From NCBI GenBank assembly GCA_963827595.1, contig CAWHBT010000008.1, positions 89,640 to 153,639 of the forward strand: a stretch of 64,000 bases of DNA, in the 5' to 3' direction. The position numbers and the translations under genes are program-made. The DNA comes from an uncultured beta proteobacterium (GTDB lineage: Bacteria; Pseudomonadota; Gammaproteobacteria; Burkholderiales; SG8-39). Shown piece by piece: positions 63,957 to 64,000 of this stretch. The number at the start of each line of letters is the position of its first letter. Positions within the stretch are counted from its first letter, which is position 1. Under the pieces are notes generated by a model. The model was not told the DNA's origin. It did no database searches and worked only from the letters and a program-made list of their open reading frames with translations.

Positions 63957-64000
63957 ACGTGCAACCCATCCTGGTCGCCGGCGAGTGGCGCCGCGGGCGA
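63953..64000 (+). CDS. Start of next operon gene (3' end outside window; possibly an aldehyde dehydrogenase)
   Basis: ATG 63953 overlaps the preceding TGA (ATGA). Only MNVQPILVAGEWRRGR is visible, so the family call is tentative. Confidence 0.4.
   Translation, partial: MNVQPILVAGEWRRGR

Overview
High-GC (about two-thirds G+C by eye) chromosomal segment with a betaproteobacterial (Burkholderiales/Rhodocyclales-like) core gene order. In order: mfd, cysE, trmJ, suhB, an MFS transporter, mutS, thrC-hom-GNAT-aminotransferase, bcp, PIN-PhoH ATPase, an outer-membrane barrel protein, dnaB-rplI-rpsR-priB-rpsF, rlmB-rnr, tRNA-Leu(CAG), purA-hisZ-DUF2065-hflC-hflK-hflX-hfq-der-bamB-yfgM-hisS-ispG-rodZ-pilW-rlmN-ndk and tilS-accA. 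These are followed by a thioredoxin/HNH/unknown/HhH-GPD glycosylase operon, a five-gene Liv-type ABC transporter operon, a tannase-family esterase with a divergent LysR regulator, an FtsH-family protease and nadX. The last 6.5 kb holds a nine-gene plus-strand operon that I cannot assign to a described pathway: Rieske ferredoxin, SDR, cupin, alpha/beta hydrolase, IclR, small recombinase-like HTH protein, Rieske oxygenase alpha subunit, ThDP enzyme and a truncated next gene. I found no rRNA, CRISPR array, transposase, integrase or prophage genes. Four things stand out. (1) At least 15 reading-frame breaks in seven otherwise well-conserved genes, including essential dnaB, all between 19.6 and 49.4 kb; these are most simply consensus indel errors. 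(2) A 60-bp repeat fills both intercistronic gaps of the liv operon. (3) A recurrent TAGAAT+CCGCGCC promoter-like element. (4) Two gene clusters of unknown function, the HNH/unknown/glycosylase operon and the Rieske/ThDP operon. Many long ORFs in the six-frame track are antisense shadows typical of high-GC DNA and were not called.
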